Shown one piece after another: positions 1-9,658 of a stretch of DNA of 64,000 bases. Position 1 is the first letter of the stretch, and each line of letters opens with the position of its first letter. A program made the translations under genes and the position numbers. The stretch spans positions 2,624,001-2,688,000 of the forward strand of contig CAXXMB010000002.1 of assembly GCA_963668675.2 (NCBI GenBank), read 5' to 3'. This DNA is from an uncultured Desulfatitalea sp. (GTDB lineage: Bacteria; Desulfobacterota; Desulfobacteria; Desulfobacterales; Desulfosarcinaceae). Under the pieces are notes generated by a model. The model was not told where the DNA came from. It saw nothing but the letters and a program-made list of their open reading frames with translations, and searched no databases.

Positions 1-379
1 CCCGGTTGAAAGCGGTTTCAGCCGCATTGGATGCAGGGGCGGGCGCGCTGCCAGGTTGGGCGCTTTGAATGGATACCAGTTGGCCCACCTGGGGCTGCGG
101 GGCGGTTCCCGATGGCTCGGCCTCGACCACCGCCGTACCCGTAAAGGATACATGCCATTGCCCCTCCAGCGGTACCAGTCCCAGGCCCGGCACTTTAAAA
201 CCGATGGTCACCGGATCACCCACCCGGGGCAACAGATCGCCGTCGAGCTGTATCTGCACTGTACTGCCATTGACCGCCGTCACTTTGCCCTTCAATTCCG
301 CGGCCCCGACCGTGTTTTGAACCGGCATACAAAACAAAAAGCCAAGCAAAAGCACCATCCATGTTCGCTTCAAAACCAT
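1..379 (-). CDS. Exported hypothetical protein, 5' part only (runs off the left edge); possibly continues into TPR repeats
   Basis: Not in the ORF track. ATG at 379 after a purine-rich RBS, open to base 1: MVLKRTWMVLLLGFLFCMPVQNTVGAAELKGKVTAVNGSTVQIQLDGD...PGSAPAPASNAAETAFNR. Signal-peptide-like N-terminus and a Pro/Ala linker. Confidence 0.6.
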   Translation of the reverse strand, partial: MVLKRTWMVLLLGFLFCMPVQNTVGAAELKGKVTAVNGSTVQIQLDGDLLPRVGDPVTIGFKVPGLGLVPLEGQWHVSFTGTAVVEAEPSGTAPQPQVGQLVSIQSAQPGSAPAPASNAAETAFNR

Positions 380-668
380 AGCACCCCCTGCGTCTTTTGA
401 GATCTCCATTGCACCGGCCACCATAATCCGGTTCATGGGATTTCACAACCCAGGAGCCTCAGAATGCTCGTATGTAGGCTATGGGGACGCCTATGTTTTG
501 ATGATTTTCTTTGCAAGCTACGGAGCTTCTTCTCTCGAAGTAATTTGATTGCGGTGGGGTGGAAAATGACGGCGAAAGATAGAGGGTAAAGTCTGTTCTC
601 GACTCATAGAAACGCTATATTGAGTCAAGTGCAGGCTTGCCCCCCTTTCCGTATATAGACCCTGAAAC

Positions 669-696
669 AAAAAAGCCTGTCGGAAAGACAGGCTTT
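669..696 (-). terminator. Intrinsic terminator after the tRNA pair
   Basis: Hairpin AAAGCCTGTC-GGAAA-GACAGGCTTT (+ strand); the left A-run becomes the U-tract on the minus strand. Confidence 0.8.
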
Positions 697-703
697 GGAA
701 AAA

Positions 704-781
704 TGGCGGGAGCGACGAGACTCGAACTCGCGACCTCCGGCGTGACAGGCCGGCGTTCTAACCAAACTGAACTACACCCCC
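704..781 (-). tRNA. tRNA-Asp(GTC)
   Basis: Reverse complement GGGGGTGTAGTTCAGTTTGGTTAGAACGCCGGCCTGTCACGCCGGAGGTCGCGAGTTCGAGTCTCGTCGCTCCCGCCA: cloverleaf, GTC anticodon, TTCG T-loop, encoded CCA. Confidence 0.97.
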
Positions 782-807
782 GTACAAGACTTTGGTGCAT
801 TTGGAAG

Positions 808-883
808 TGGTAGGCGGAACAGGGCTTGAACCTGTGACCCTCGGCTTGTAAGGCCGATGCTCTCCCAACTGAGCTACCCGCCC
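808..883 (-). tRNA. tRNA-Val(TAC)
   Basis: Reverse complement GGGCGGGTAGCTCAGTTGGGAGAGCATCGGCCTTACAAGCCGAGGGTCACAGGTTCAAGCCCTGTTCCGCCTACCA: TAC anticodon, encoded CCA. Confidence 0.97.
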
Positions 884-898
884 CCAAATGAAGCGCCA

Positions 899-927
899 TA
901 GCTACCAGTTCGGTTGGTCAATGTCAA
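899..927 (-). promoter_or_regulatory. Probable sigma70 promoter of the tRNA-Val/Asp operon
   Basis: Perfect TTGACA (927-922), 17-nt spacer, weak -10 (TGG-TAGCTA) and a GC-rich discriminator just upstream of tRNA-Val. Confidence 0.45.
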
Positions 928-1038
928 GCGGAATTTGATGCTCTCATTTAAAATCGACCAGCTCATAAATTACTAAAATTTATTGGACTATAGGGGATTC
1001 CGAATTGGTTATTTCGGACCTCTTGTTTCCAAACTTTT

Positions 1039-1066
1039 CTGGATGCCGGATCAAGTCCGGCATGAC
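1039..1066. repeat. Half-copy of the palindromic REP-like core (CTGGATGCCGGATCAAGTCCGGCATGAC)
   Basis: Same core as the copies near 10.7, 24.1, 32.9 and 48.3 kb. Confidence 0.8.
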
Positions 1067-1211
1067 GCTGTGGCGATTGTTGGCATATCTATTGGTCTTA
1101 TGACACAGACGTTGACCTGTTTCAGTCATAGTCCTACAATGGCGTGCTGAATTGTGGAAAGCCCAGTGAAAATTCAACATGAAATGATAACGGGAAAGGC
1201 TTGATTTATTA

Positions 1212-2492
1212 ATGATTTCATCTGTAATGATTCCGGATCGCGCCAAGCGGTGGATCGTTTTTCTGCTGGCCTGCCTGCTGTTTGTCCTTTCCCAGTTCTA
1301 TCGGGCCTCCGTGGCGGTCATTTCGCCGGATCTGATCGATGAGCTGGCGCTCGATACGGCTCAACTCAGTCTGATCTCCGCCGCGTTTTTCTATGCCTTT
1401 GCCCTGATGCAGATTCCGATCAGCATGTACCTGGACGGTATCGGGCCGCGCATCAGCATGACCGCGCTTTCCCTGGTCGCTGTGGCCGGGTCGATCGTTT
1501 TTGCGATGGGCCACTCCGCGTCGACGTTGGTGGTCGGCAGGGCGTTGATGGGGGTTGGCATGGCTTGCAACCTGATGGGGACCCTCAAGCTGATTACCCT
1601 CTGGTTCAGCCCGCGCTACTTTGCCACGCTGTCGGCGCTGGTCGTCTCCACCGGCACTATGGGCAATCTGATGGCGGCGACGCCCCTGGTGCTCCTGGCC
1701 CAGGCCATGGGATGGCGCTATTCTTTCCTGGTGATGGCGGGGGCCAATCTGGTGCTGGTGGCGCTCTTTTTTCTGATTGCCCGGGATCGACCCCAAACCC
1801 AGCTGGTGCCCGATGTACCCGAGGCGGCCTCTACCCGGCTCGCCGATATCTTCAAGAGCCTCATGCATCTGTTCAAAGAGAAGGACTACTGGATCATATC
1901 CCTGGGGACCTTTTGCCGCTACGGTATTTTCGCGGCGGTGCAGGCCCTTTGGGCCGGACCGTTTTTGATTCAGGCCCTTGGCGTGTCGCCGGTGTCGGCG
2001 GGCAATCTGCTGGTGTTGACGAGCATCGGGATCGTGGTCGGCAGCCCGATCTTCGGCTGGTTCTCCGATACGGTGTTTCGGCATCGTAAAGGGGTGGTGA
2101 TCAGCAGTTTGATGGGCATGGCGGTCATACTGATGATATTGACCCGGCTCTCTGCGGGTACGGGCATGGCGGTGTTGAGTGTGCTCTTCTTCTCTTTCGG
2201 ATTCTTCGGCAGTGCCGGCGGGATCATGTATGCCCATATCAAGGAGCGGATGCCGGCTGAGCGGGCAGGCGCGGCCATGACCGGCATCAATTTTTTCACC
2301 ATGATCGGCGTTGCCGTTTTCCTTCAGGGACTGGGCAACATGATGAAGTACCTGCATCCCGATGACTCCATGGGGAGTGCGGCCTTTATCGATGGGTTCG
2401 GCTTCTGCGCCCTCTGCCTGGTGATTACGACGGTGTTGTATCTTTTTACCGTGGAGACCCTGGGTAAGGGGAGAGATGCCCGGAAGCGCTAA
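1212..2492 (+). CDS. MFS transporter
   Basis: 426 aa, about 12 hydrophobic segments, MFS motif A-like (YLDGIGPR; GWFSDTVFRHRK). Exact start uncertain. Confidence 0.9.
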   Translation: MISSVMIPDRAKRWIVFLLACLLFVLSQFYRASVAVISPDLIDELALDTAQLSLISAAFFYAFALMQIPISMYLDGIGPRISMTALSLVAVAGSIVFAMGHSASTLVVGRALMGVGMACNLMGTLKLITLWFSPRYFATLSALVVSTGTMGNLMAATPLVLLAQAMGWRYSFLVMAGANLVLVALFFLIARDRPQTQLVPDVPEAASTRLADIFKSLMHLFKEKDYWIISLGTFCRYGIFAAVQALWAGPFLIQALGVSPVSAGNLLVLTSIGIVVGSPIFGWFSDTVFRHRKGVVISSLMGMAVILMILTRLSAGTGMAVLSVLFFSFGFFGSAGGIMYAHIKERMPAERAGAAMTGINFFTMIGVAVFLQGLGNMMKYLHPDDSMGSAAFIDGFGFCALCLVITTVLYLFTVETLGKGRDARKR

Positions 2493-3772
2493 GCGGGTGA
2501 GGTCAAGCGCCTGCCGCTTCTTTTTTTCAGGGTGAAGATCCCTGCAGCGTCCCGGCGATTTTTTCCGCGCCCCACCGGCTTGCCGGGTTGTCTTCCAGCA
2601 TTGCGATTAACTTTTACGCCGCCACCGGCCTGGGTTCTGGCCTGGAGCGGCTTGTTGTAATTAAAATCGGACAAGGTGCGTCGCTCCACAGGAAGTCCGA
2701 TGATCCGGTGGATCTCTTTTACCATCTGCCGGTCGTCATCAGTGATCAGGGTGAAGGCTTCCCCGCTGCGTTCGGCCCGGCCGGTTCTTCCGATGCGATG
2801 GATGTAAATTTCAGGTGTGGAGGGCATGTCGTAGTTGATGACATGGGAGACATTGGTGACGTCGATGCCGCGTGCTGCGATGTCGGTGGCCACCAGCACC
2901 TGATATTTGCCTGTTTTGAAGCCGTTCATGGCGTCCTGGCGTTTCGATTGAGAGAGGTTGCCCTGCAGGGACGCCGCGCGAAAACCAGCCTTGGCCAATT
3001 TCCCGGACAACTGCTTGGCTTTGTGTTTGGTGCGTGTGAACACCAGAACCGATTCGGAGCTGGTATCGCCAAGCAACTTGAGCAGCAGCGTCGTTTTCAA
3101 GTGCTGCGCGACAGGAAAAAAGGCGTGGCTGATCGTTTCCACCGGTGCATCATGCCCTGCCTCTACGCGGATGTGATTTTTCAGGATCTCCTTGGCCAGT
3201 CGGCCGATGGCCGTGGGCATGGTGGCTGAAAAGAGCAGTGTCTGTCGATCCGATTGCGGCAGATGGGTAATGATGCGGCGGATATCGGGCAGAAAGCCCA
3301 TATCGAACATCTGGTCGGCTTCATCGAGGACCAGCACGTCAACCTGGGAGAGGTTGACGGTGTGCCGACCGATGTGGTCGAGGAGGCGTCCGGGGCAGGC
3401 GACCACAATGTGGGCGTGTTTCAGCGCCGTGATCTGTGGTTGGATGCCGACGCCGCCATAAATGGACGCGCTTCTGATGCCCGTGTTGCGGCCCAGGGTT
3501 TCGATGGTTTGATGAATCTGCTCGGCCAACTCCCGCGTGGGGGCAATGACGAGTGCACGAACGCCTTTCTGCGGTTTTTGCAATAGCCGGTGCAAGATCG
3601 GCAGTACAAAGACGGCGGTCTTACCGGTGCCTGTCTGGGCCAGTCCCATCAGGTCATGACCTTGCATGACTTTGGGGATGGCTTGGGCTTGAATAGGGGT
3701 TGGTTTGGTGTATCCGGCGGCTGAAATACCTGCCGCCAATTTGGAGTGGAGAGAAAATGTTTCGAAGTTCAA
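2489..3772 (-). CDS. DEAD-box RNA helicase (RhlE-like)
   Basis: Q motif, AQTGTGKT, PTRELA, DEAD, SAT, ARGID, HRIGRTGR, basic C-terminal tail. Confidence 0.95.
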   Translation of the reverse strand: MNFETFSLHSKLAAGISAAGYTKPTPIQAQAIPKVMQGHDLMGLAQTGTGKTAVFVLPILHRLLQKPQKGVRALVIAPTRELAEQIHQTIETLGRNTGIRSASIYGGVGIQPQITALKHAHIVVACPGRLLDHIGRHTVNLSQVDVLVLDEADQMFDMGFLPDIRRIITHLPQSDRQTLLFSATMPTAIGRLAKEILKNHIRVEAGHDAPVETISHAFFPVAQHLKTTLLLKLLGDTSSESVLVFTRTKHKAKQLSGKLAKAGFRAASLQGNLSQSKRQDAMNGFKTGKYQVLVATDIAARGIDVTNVSHVINYDMPSTPEIYIHRIGRTGRAERSGEAFTLITDDDRQMVKEIHRIIGLPVERRTLSDFNYNKPLQARTQAGGGVKVNRNAGRQPGKPVGRGKNRRDAAGIFTLKKRSGRRLTSPA

Positions 3773-3825
3773 ATGATGAGGTTCCTTATCTTGATTTTAA
3801 TTGTGGTTTTTTAAAGGTGTTTGCT

Positions 3826-4113
3826 TCAGAAGTCGCCTCTTCTTCGACGCGACTTCTTCTTGCGTTTCTTTCCACCCGGGTCTGCGGGTCTGACGATAAT
3901 GTTGCTGCCATCGATGCGGTTGCCGTTCAATGCTTTGATGGCTTGGTCCGCCTCAGAGTTGCTGGGCATTTCGACAAATCCGAAACCCTTCCCTCTTCCG
4001 GAGAATCTGTTTTGGATGACTTTGGGGTTTTCGATCTTTCCAAATTCTACAAACAGAGACTTCAGCTTGTCTATCGTCATGCTGTCCGGCAAATTTCCAA
4101 TGTAGATGTTCAT
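3826..4113 (-). CDS. RRM-domain RNA-binding protein
   Basis: MNIYIGNL (RNP2) and KGFGFVEM (RNP1), Lys/Arg tail; start moved to the ATG at 4113. Confidence 0.9.
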   Translation of the reverse strand: MNIYIGNLPDSMTIDKLKSLFVEFGKIENPKVIQNRFSGRGKGFGFVEMPSNSEADQAIKALNGNRIDGSNIIVRPADPGGKKRKKKSRRRRGDF

Positions 4114-4307
4114 GCAAAGATACCTTTCGCGCTTTACTGTATCGCAGATCATTCGAGGGGAAAGCAGAAAGTACCCGCTATCGATGGGCATATTGCGATT
4201 CACGCACTAGTAGACGAGCACCAGGTGAACGGCGCGGTGCCCGATGTAGCATCCAGAGGACGAGCGCAGACGTTTGACCCTTTTTCCCGGGGATCATCCT
4301 AAAATGG

Positions 4308-4343
4308 TAAGGGGCACTCCTAATCATCAAGGTGTGCCCCTTA
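4308..4343 (-). terminator. Hairpin downstream of the csp gene (terminator or stabiliser)
   Basis: TAAGGGGCAC...GTGCCCCTTA inverted repeat; the U-tract is weak. Confidence 0.5.
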
Positions 4344-4360
4344 TCTTTAGGTCTCGAAAT

Positions 4361-4561
4361 TTAGCTTACAGTGACATTTAGAGCAGAGGGACCTTTTTGA
4401 CCTTGCTCGATGTCAAAGGAAACGCGGTCGCCTTCATTGAGGCTTTTAAAACCGCTTGCGTTGATTGCTGAGTGATGAACGAATACATCCGGGCCGTCCT
4501 CTTGCTCGATGAAGCCGAACCCTTTTTGGTCGTTAAACCACTTAACTGTTCCGTTAGCCAT
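4361..4561 (-). CDS. csp: Cold-shock protein (CspA family)
   Basis: 66 aa, [15 protein letters not shown] and DVFVHHSAI; strong GGAGG RBS. Confidence 0.97.
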   Translation of the reverse strand: MANGTVKWFNDQKGFGFIEQEDGPDVFVHHSAINASGFKSLNEGDRVSFDIEQGQKGPSALNVTVS

Positions 4562-4672
4562 GTTGACATCCTCCTTTCTATAAGATGCTCAAGATTTTAA
4601 ACTGGAGGATGTAACAAACTGAATTGATTTGTTCCTTCAGAAAAAAACCGCCCTGCAAATCGAAGGCAGGGC
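4562..4672 (-). promoter_or_regulatory. Structured csp 5' leader: anti-Shine-Dalgarno stem plus a terminator-like hairpin
   Basis: On the mRNA, ACATCCTCC pairs with GGAGGATGT covering the RBS; further upstream GCCCTGC-loop-GCAGGGC is followed by GG and seven Ts. Confidence 0.55.
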
Positions 4673-4938
4673 CTTGTTGAATAAGCGAATAATAACATCT
4701 TTTCTTACAAAAGCAAGCTATTTGACCAAAGCGATTCAAATGTTTCATTTTGTACACCTGAAGGGATATCCCGGGTTTAACACGTTGAGGTGGTAACGCT
4801 GCCTGCCGTTTTCGCTCAAGTCGATATTTTGTTCGGTATTACCAAACGATCTTCCAAATTGTAAAACAGATATTGACCCTGTGATTGCGCGGTTTTAATA
4901 TGCGCGGTCACATCAACTTTCAGCGGGAGGGCAAGGAG

Positions 4939-5832
4939 ATGAGTGAAGTCACAGATCTGTTGGGAAGTCGATATCCAATCATTCAGGGGCCGATCGGAGA
5001 ACTCAACGATCCAAAACTGGTGGCGGCGGTTTCCGAAGCCGGTGCGTTTGGGATGCTGGCACTGGGGTTTGTGAGCGACCTGGAGAGGGTCAGGCAGATG
5101 GTTGCAGAGGTGCAGTCGCTGACCGATCAGCCGTTCGGGGCCAATCTGATGATTGCCATGAATCCCAACAACGAGGCGATCCTTGAAATTCTGGCCGAAG
5201 CGGGTGTCAAGACGGTCACCACCTCGGCCGGTTCGCCCAAGCGGATCTACCCCAAGATCAAGGAGCTTGGGTTGAAAGGTTTGCACGTCGCCCTGGCCGC
5301 TCCGATGGCGGTAAAAGCGGCTGATGCCGGCGTGGATGGCGTGGTGGTTTCGGGAACAGAATCGGGCGGGCTGAGGACCACCGGACCGGAGTCCACCAAT
5401 ATGATTCTTGTTCCGCTGGTGTGTGACCAGGTCAAGGTGCCGGTGGTGGCGGCCGGCGGTATCGCTGACCGTCGGGGCTACCGGGCGGCTTTGGCGCTGG
5501 GCGCCCAGGGCGTTCAGATCGGCACGGCCTTTCTGGCCGCAGAAGAGAGCCCGGCCCCCAACGCCTGGAAGGAGGCCATCGTGCAGTGCGCCGATGCCGG
5601 TACAACCTTGCTGCCGCTAGGCAATATGGCCATGCGGACCGTTATCAATCCCAAGATGGCTGGGTTGATAGCCAGCGGCGCCGATTTGAGCAAGGCCTAT
5701 AATATGGGTGACGCCGGCACTGCCTGGCGCAGCGGCGATTTCGATCTGTTTCCGGCCGGTGCCGGCCAGATCAGCGCATTGATCCATGAGATACGGCCGG
5801 TTAAAGCGATCATTCAAGAGATGGTTTCTTAG
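4939..5832 (+). CDS. Nitronate monooxygenase / FabK-like FMN oxidoreductase
   Basis: YPIIQG, PFGANL, GTESGG, VVAAGGIAD, GVQIGTAF motifs; ATG at 4939 after AAGGAG. Confidence 0.85.
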   Translation: MSEVTDLLGSRYPIIQGPIGELNDPKLVAAVSEAGAFGMLALGFVSDLERVRQMVAEVQSLTDQPFGANLMIAMNPNNEAILEILAEAGVKTVTTSAGSPKRIYPKIKELGLKGLHVALAAPMAVKAADAGVDGVVVSGTESGGLRTTGPESTNMILVPLVCDQVKVPVVAAGGIADRRGYRAALALGAQGVQIGTAFLAAEESPAPNAWKEAIVQCADAGTTLLPLGNMAMRTVINPKMAGLIASGADLSKAYNMGDAGTAWRSGDFDLFPAGAGQISALIHEIRPVKAIIQEMVS

Positions 5833-5957
5833 CGCTCCTTTGGGAAGAGAAGTAAGAAAGCAGAAAAGCATGAAGGTATGAAAGAGAAGGTATTCTGTCG
5901 ATTTGATGGTGGTTGCCTATGGGGGCAATCGTTCAATGACGTAGGAAAGGGGGGCTT

Positions 5958-7397
5958 GTGGACATTCCTTCCGATGGATTGATCGTGGTATGCAAGCGGG
6001 AGTGCGCCACCTGCCAAATGGTGGTGTCGGTGCTGCACGAGCTGGTTCGCAGCGAACAACCCCTGACTATCTATAGCCAGGACGATCCTGGGTTTCCGGA
6101 AGAGATCGAGGGCGTTGTGGACGATTCGGATCTCTCCGGTTCGTATGAACTTGAGATCGAAGCCGTACCCACCCTGATCCAAATGAGAGGTGGGGTTGAA
6201 CAGGCCCGTGCAGTCGGCTGGGATCGGGCCGAATGGCAGGCGTTGACCGGCCTGGAGAGACTGGGCAGGGATCTTCCCCCAACACGGCCGGGGTGCGGAT
6301 CGAAGAGTGTCGAACCGGGTGTTGCGGAAGCCTTGGCGCTCCGGTTCGGTGGCATTCGCCTGGCGGCGCGGCGCATCGAAACCCCCATGCTCGAGGACGA
6401 GGCAGAGACCTGCTTTGCCAATGGCTGGACCGACGGCCTGCCGGTGGTGCCGCCCACCGAAGTGCGCGTGGTGCGCATGCTGGCCGGGACCGAAAGGGCC
6501 CCGGACGATGTCGTGGCGATCGTTCCCCCCAACCAGGCGCCCTGCACCGTTGAGAAGGTGGCCATCAATGCGGTCATGGCCGGCTGCAAGCCCGAATACC
6601 TGCCGGTGGTGATCGCAGCGGTGGAGGCTGCCTGCGTGGATGACTTCTGTCTGCATGGCCTGTTGGCCACCACCTATTTTTCAGGGCCGGTGGTGATCGT
6701 GAACGGCCCCATTGCCAAGGCGGTCGGCATGAATTCGGGCGTCAATGCCTTCGGACAGGGAAACCGCGCCAATGCAACGATCGGCCGGGCGCTGCAGCTG
6801 GTGGTGCGCAACGTGGGCGGCGGGCGACCCGGTGAAATCGACCGCGCCACCTTAGGAACCCCCGGTAAATACACCTTTTGCTTTGCCGAAGACGAAGCGG
6901 GCTCCCCCTGGGAATCGCTGGCGGTCGAGCACGGTTTTTCCGAAGAGAGCTCCACGGTCACCCTTTTTTCCGGCAGTGGCGTGCAACCCATCTTCGACCA
7001 GCGTTCTCGCGAACCCGATTCGCTGGCGTGCAGCTTTGCGGCCTGTCTGCGGGCGGTGGTGCACCCCAAAATCCCCATGACGGCCGATGCCTTGCTGGTG
7101 GTTTCGCCCGAACACGGCCGGGTATTTCGTCGTGCGGGCTGGACCAAGCGTCAATTGCGCGAGCGGCTCGAACAGTTGCTTCAACTTCCGGGTGCGGAGC
7201 TGATCCGTGGTGCCCAGGGAATTGAGGAGGGTGTCCCGGCAGAGCTGGGCGAGGCGACGCTGCCGAAGTTCCGTCCCGGCGGGCTTGGTATCCTACATGC
7301 CGGCGGGACGGCGGGACTGTTTTCAGCTATTATCAGCGGATGGGTGGCCAGCGGCCCCAAGGGGAGTCAAATGGTGACCCGGGAGATCAAACCATGA
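5958..7397 (+). CDS. Thioredoxin-like N-terminal domain fused to a conserved 'TDGLPVVPPT' domain; partner of the UGSC selenoprotein
   Basis: CKRECATC, VPTL (cis-Pro position), PGCGSKS linker, WTDGLPVVPPT, AINAVMAGC; overlaps the next gene (ATGA). Confidence 0.75.
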   Translation: MDIPSDGLIVVCKRECATCQMVVSVLHELVRSEQPLTIYSQDDPGFPEEIEGVVDDSDLSGSYELEIEAVPTLIQMRGGVEQARAVGWDRAEWQALTGLERLGRDLPPTRPGCGSKSVEPGVAEALALRFGGIRLAARRIETPMLEDEAETCFANGWTDGLPVVPPTEVRVVRMLAGTERAPDDVVAIVPPNQAPCTVEKVAINAVMAGCKPEYLPVVIAAVEAACVDDFCLHGLLATTYFSGPVVIVNGPIAKAVGMNSGVNAFGQGNRANATIGRALQLVVRNVGGGRPGEIDRATLGTPGKYTFCFAEDEAGSPWESLAVEHGFSEESSTVTLFSGSGVQPIFDQRSREPDSLACSFAACLRAVVHPKIPMTADALLVVSPEHGRVFRRAGWTKRQLRERLEQLLQLPGAELIRGAQGIEEGVPAELGEATLPKFRPGGLGILHAGGTAGLFSAIISGWVASGPKGSQMVTREIKP

Positions 7398-7921
7398 GTG
7401 AGACCATCGTATTGCTGGACCCGACCGCGGAATTGAAGCCAGCGTCACGCGAACGGTTGCCGCGGCCAAAGGATCTGCAAGGGTGTTGCGTCGGGCTGTT
7501 GGATATTTCGAAGGCCCGCGGGGATATCTTTCTGGACGAGATCGAAACGCAGCTGGCCGCGAGAGGCGTGAGCGTCAAGCGCTACCAGAAACCCACTTTT
7601 GCGCGTGTGGCGCCGATCGAGCTTCTGCAGCGCATCAGCACCGAATGCCAGGTGGTGATCGAAGCGCTGGCCGACTGAGGGTCTTGCACGTCGTGCAGTG
7701 TGCACGACACCATCGACCTTGAGGGGCGCGGCATTCCCAGCGTCTATGTCGCCTCTTCCGAATTCGAACAGGCGGGCGCCTCCCAGGCCCGGGCTTTGGG
7801 CTATGATCCGGCGGCCGTGTTCGTGCCCCACCCGATTCAGGACCGAACCGATGATGAGATGAGGGCCATCGCGAAGTCCGCCTTAGAGGGGGTGCTGAAG
7901 GCGCTCTCCGCCGACGGTTGA
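7394..7921 (+). CDS. UGSC-family selenoprotein, 175 aa (Sec at TGA 7676-7678, codon 95)
   Basis: Track ORFs 7340..7678 and 7700..7921 are in the same frame; readthrough gives ...EALAD-U-GSCTSCSVHDTIDLEGRGIP...; a SECIS-like hairpin follows. Confidence 0.88.
7690..7708 (+). promoter_or_regulatory. Bacterial SECIS element
   Basis: GTCGTGCA-GTG-TGCACGAC, 8-bp stem with a GU-containing loop, after an 11-nt spacer from the UGA. Confidence 0.75.
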
Positions 7922-8057
7922 AACAGCGTACAGGGTGTCTCCGGCCTTTGGCCGGTCTGGAAAAAGTGAACCGGAAGGAAGTGCAATAGAACAAGTACAG
8001 GATGACCCTCAATTGTAGAATGGAGCGGTTGTCCACAGAACGGGAAGGAAGGAATGG

Positions 8058-9449
8058 ATGGGTAACAGTTCATTGAAGGATCTCTACCAGCAGAAGTTGA
8101 TTTCAGCAGAGGCGGCCGCCGGTATGGTTCAATCAGGCATGACCATCTTTTTGGGCGGCTCGGCCAACTTGGCCAGGATTATCGACAAGCATCTGGCGGC
8201 GCGGGTGAACGAGTTGGACGATGTGGCCGTCCGCACGTTTCTGGACACGGCCGAGCATGAATTCCTCAAGGCCGATCCGAATGGCGAGGTGTTCAAATGG
8301 CACAGCGGCTTTCTGCTGCACTCGGTGCGGTCCCATGTGTCGGCCAGGGGCAGCGGCGTCTACCACGCCCAGTCCTGGCACATGGCACCCGGCGTGATCC
8401 GTGAACAACTGCAGAACGACATCGCCTACTATGTGACCGCACCGATGGACGAGCACGGCTGTTTCAACTTCGGCCTGTCGGTCACCGAATTGAAAGCGTA
8501 CAGTGAAGTCTCCAAAAAGGTGGTGGTGATCGTTCGCGAGGATATGCCGGTCATTTGCGGTGGTCAGGAGGAGGCGATCCACATCTCCGAGATCGACCAC
8601 ATCGTGGAGGATCGCGAATTCGAAACCTTCTGCCTGCCGCCGGTGCCGGCCAAGCCGGAAGATCGGCTGATCGCCGATAATATCGTGTCGGCCGGGCTTA
8701 TCAAGGATGGGACCACCCTTCAGATCGGGATCGGCGGTCTGCCCAACTCGGTGCTGGAGGCGTTGTGCAGTGCCGGGGTCAAGCATCTGGGCATTCACTC
8801 CGAGATGTTGACCGACAAGATGTACGACCTGATCCAACTTGGCATCGTGGACAACACCTGCAAGCAGATCGACCGTTACAAAAGCACCTTCTCCTTCTGC
8901 CTGGGCAGTCGCCATTTATACGACTTTCTGCACCGCAATCCGATGTTCGCCTCCTATCCGGTGGACTATGTGAACAACCCCATGGTGATCGCCCAGCAGC
9001 CCAATATGTTCTCCCTCAACACCACCATGCAGATCGACCTGGTCGGCCAGGTGGCCTCCGAGCAGATCGGCGGGGACCGCCCGCGGCATATCAGTGGTAC
9101 CGGGGGGCAGCTCGATTTCGTGATGGGCACTCTGCTGGCGCAGGACCGGGCCGGCGTCAGCGTGCTGGCCCTCTATTCGGAGCACAAAGGGCGCTCGCGG
9201 ATCGTGCCGACCCTGGAGAAGGGAACGGTGGTCACCGTGCCGCGCTCGTTGGTCGATTACGTGGTGACCGAGTGGGGCCTGGTTCGCTCCCGTGGGTTGA
9301 CCATCAACGAAAGGGCCCAGGCGCTAATCCGCATCGCCCATCCCAAGCACCGTGACGAGCTGACACGCCAGGCCGTGGATGCCGGGTTCATCCCCTATCC
9401 GGAGCGGGACGGGCAGCTGCCCAGGGGCGTGATCAACTGTCGGGATTGA
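8058..9449 (+). CDS. Acetyl-CoA hydrolase/transferase family (4-hydroxybutyrate/butyrate CoA-transferase-like)
   Basis: TLQIGIGGLP, GIHSEM (catalytic Glu), ISGTGGQLDF, VVTEWG, LIRIAHP. Confidence 0.9.
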   Translation: MGNSSLKDLYQQKLISAEAAAGMVQSGMTIFLGGSANLARIIDKHLAARVNELDDVAVRTFLDTAEHEFLKADPNGEVFKWHSGFLLHSVRSHVSARGSGVYHAQSWHMAPGVIREQLQNDIAYYVTAPMDEHGCFNFGLSVTELKAYSEVSKKVVVIVREDMPVICGGQEEAIHISEIDHIVEDREFETFCLPPVPAKPEDRLIADNIVSAGLIKDGTTLQIGIGGLPNSVLEALCSAGVKHLGIHSEMLTDKMYDLIQLGIVDNTCKQIDRYKSTFSFCLGSRHLYDFLHRNPMFASYPVDYVNNPMVIAQQPNMFSLNTTMQIDLVGQVASEQIGGDRPRHISGTGGQLDFVMGTLLAQDRAGVSVLALYSEHKGRSRIVPTLEKGTVVTVPRSLVDYVVTEWGLVRSRGLTINERAQALIRIAHPKHRDELTRQAVDAGFIPYPERDGQLPRGVINCRD

Positions 9450-9485
9450 TGGTGCAATGGATCAGTCAGTCTGTTTGAAACCAAA

Positions 9486-9518
9486 GGCAGCCCAAACCCT
9501 GGGCTGCCACCCCTTTTT
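9486..9518 (+). terminator. Probable intrinsic terminator
   Basis: GGCAGCCCA-AACCC-TGGGCTGCC followed, after a short gap, by a T-run. Confidence 0.55.
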
Positions 9519-9658
9519 AAAATTGACAAGATGGGGTTAGGCTTTTTAAACAGTAGATCATAGAGAGAGCCATGGTCTCTCTTTCCCTCTGCTTCTCTTC
9601 ACTGCGCAAGGCGTCATAACAATGGACGGATTGTCAGTCTAACCAACGGAGTGATCAT

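Noticed and set aside
704..883. tRNA genes as an integration site for a prophage or island
   Set aside because: No integrase and no duplicated tRNA 3' end seen in the window.
615..899. 94-aa minus-strand ORF
   Set aside because: It is the translation of the two tRNA genes.
7340..7921. Two separate small genes, or a nonsense pseudogene, as given by the ORF track
   Set aside because: The in-frame TGA in a U-x-x-C motif with a SECIS-like hairpin is better explained as one selenoprotein.
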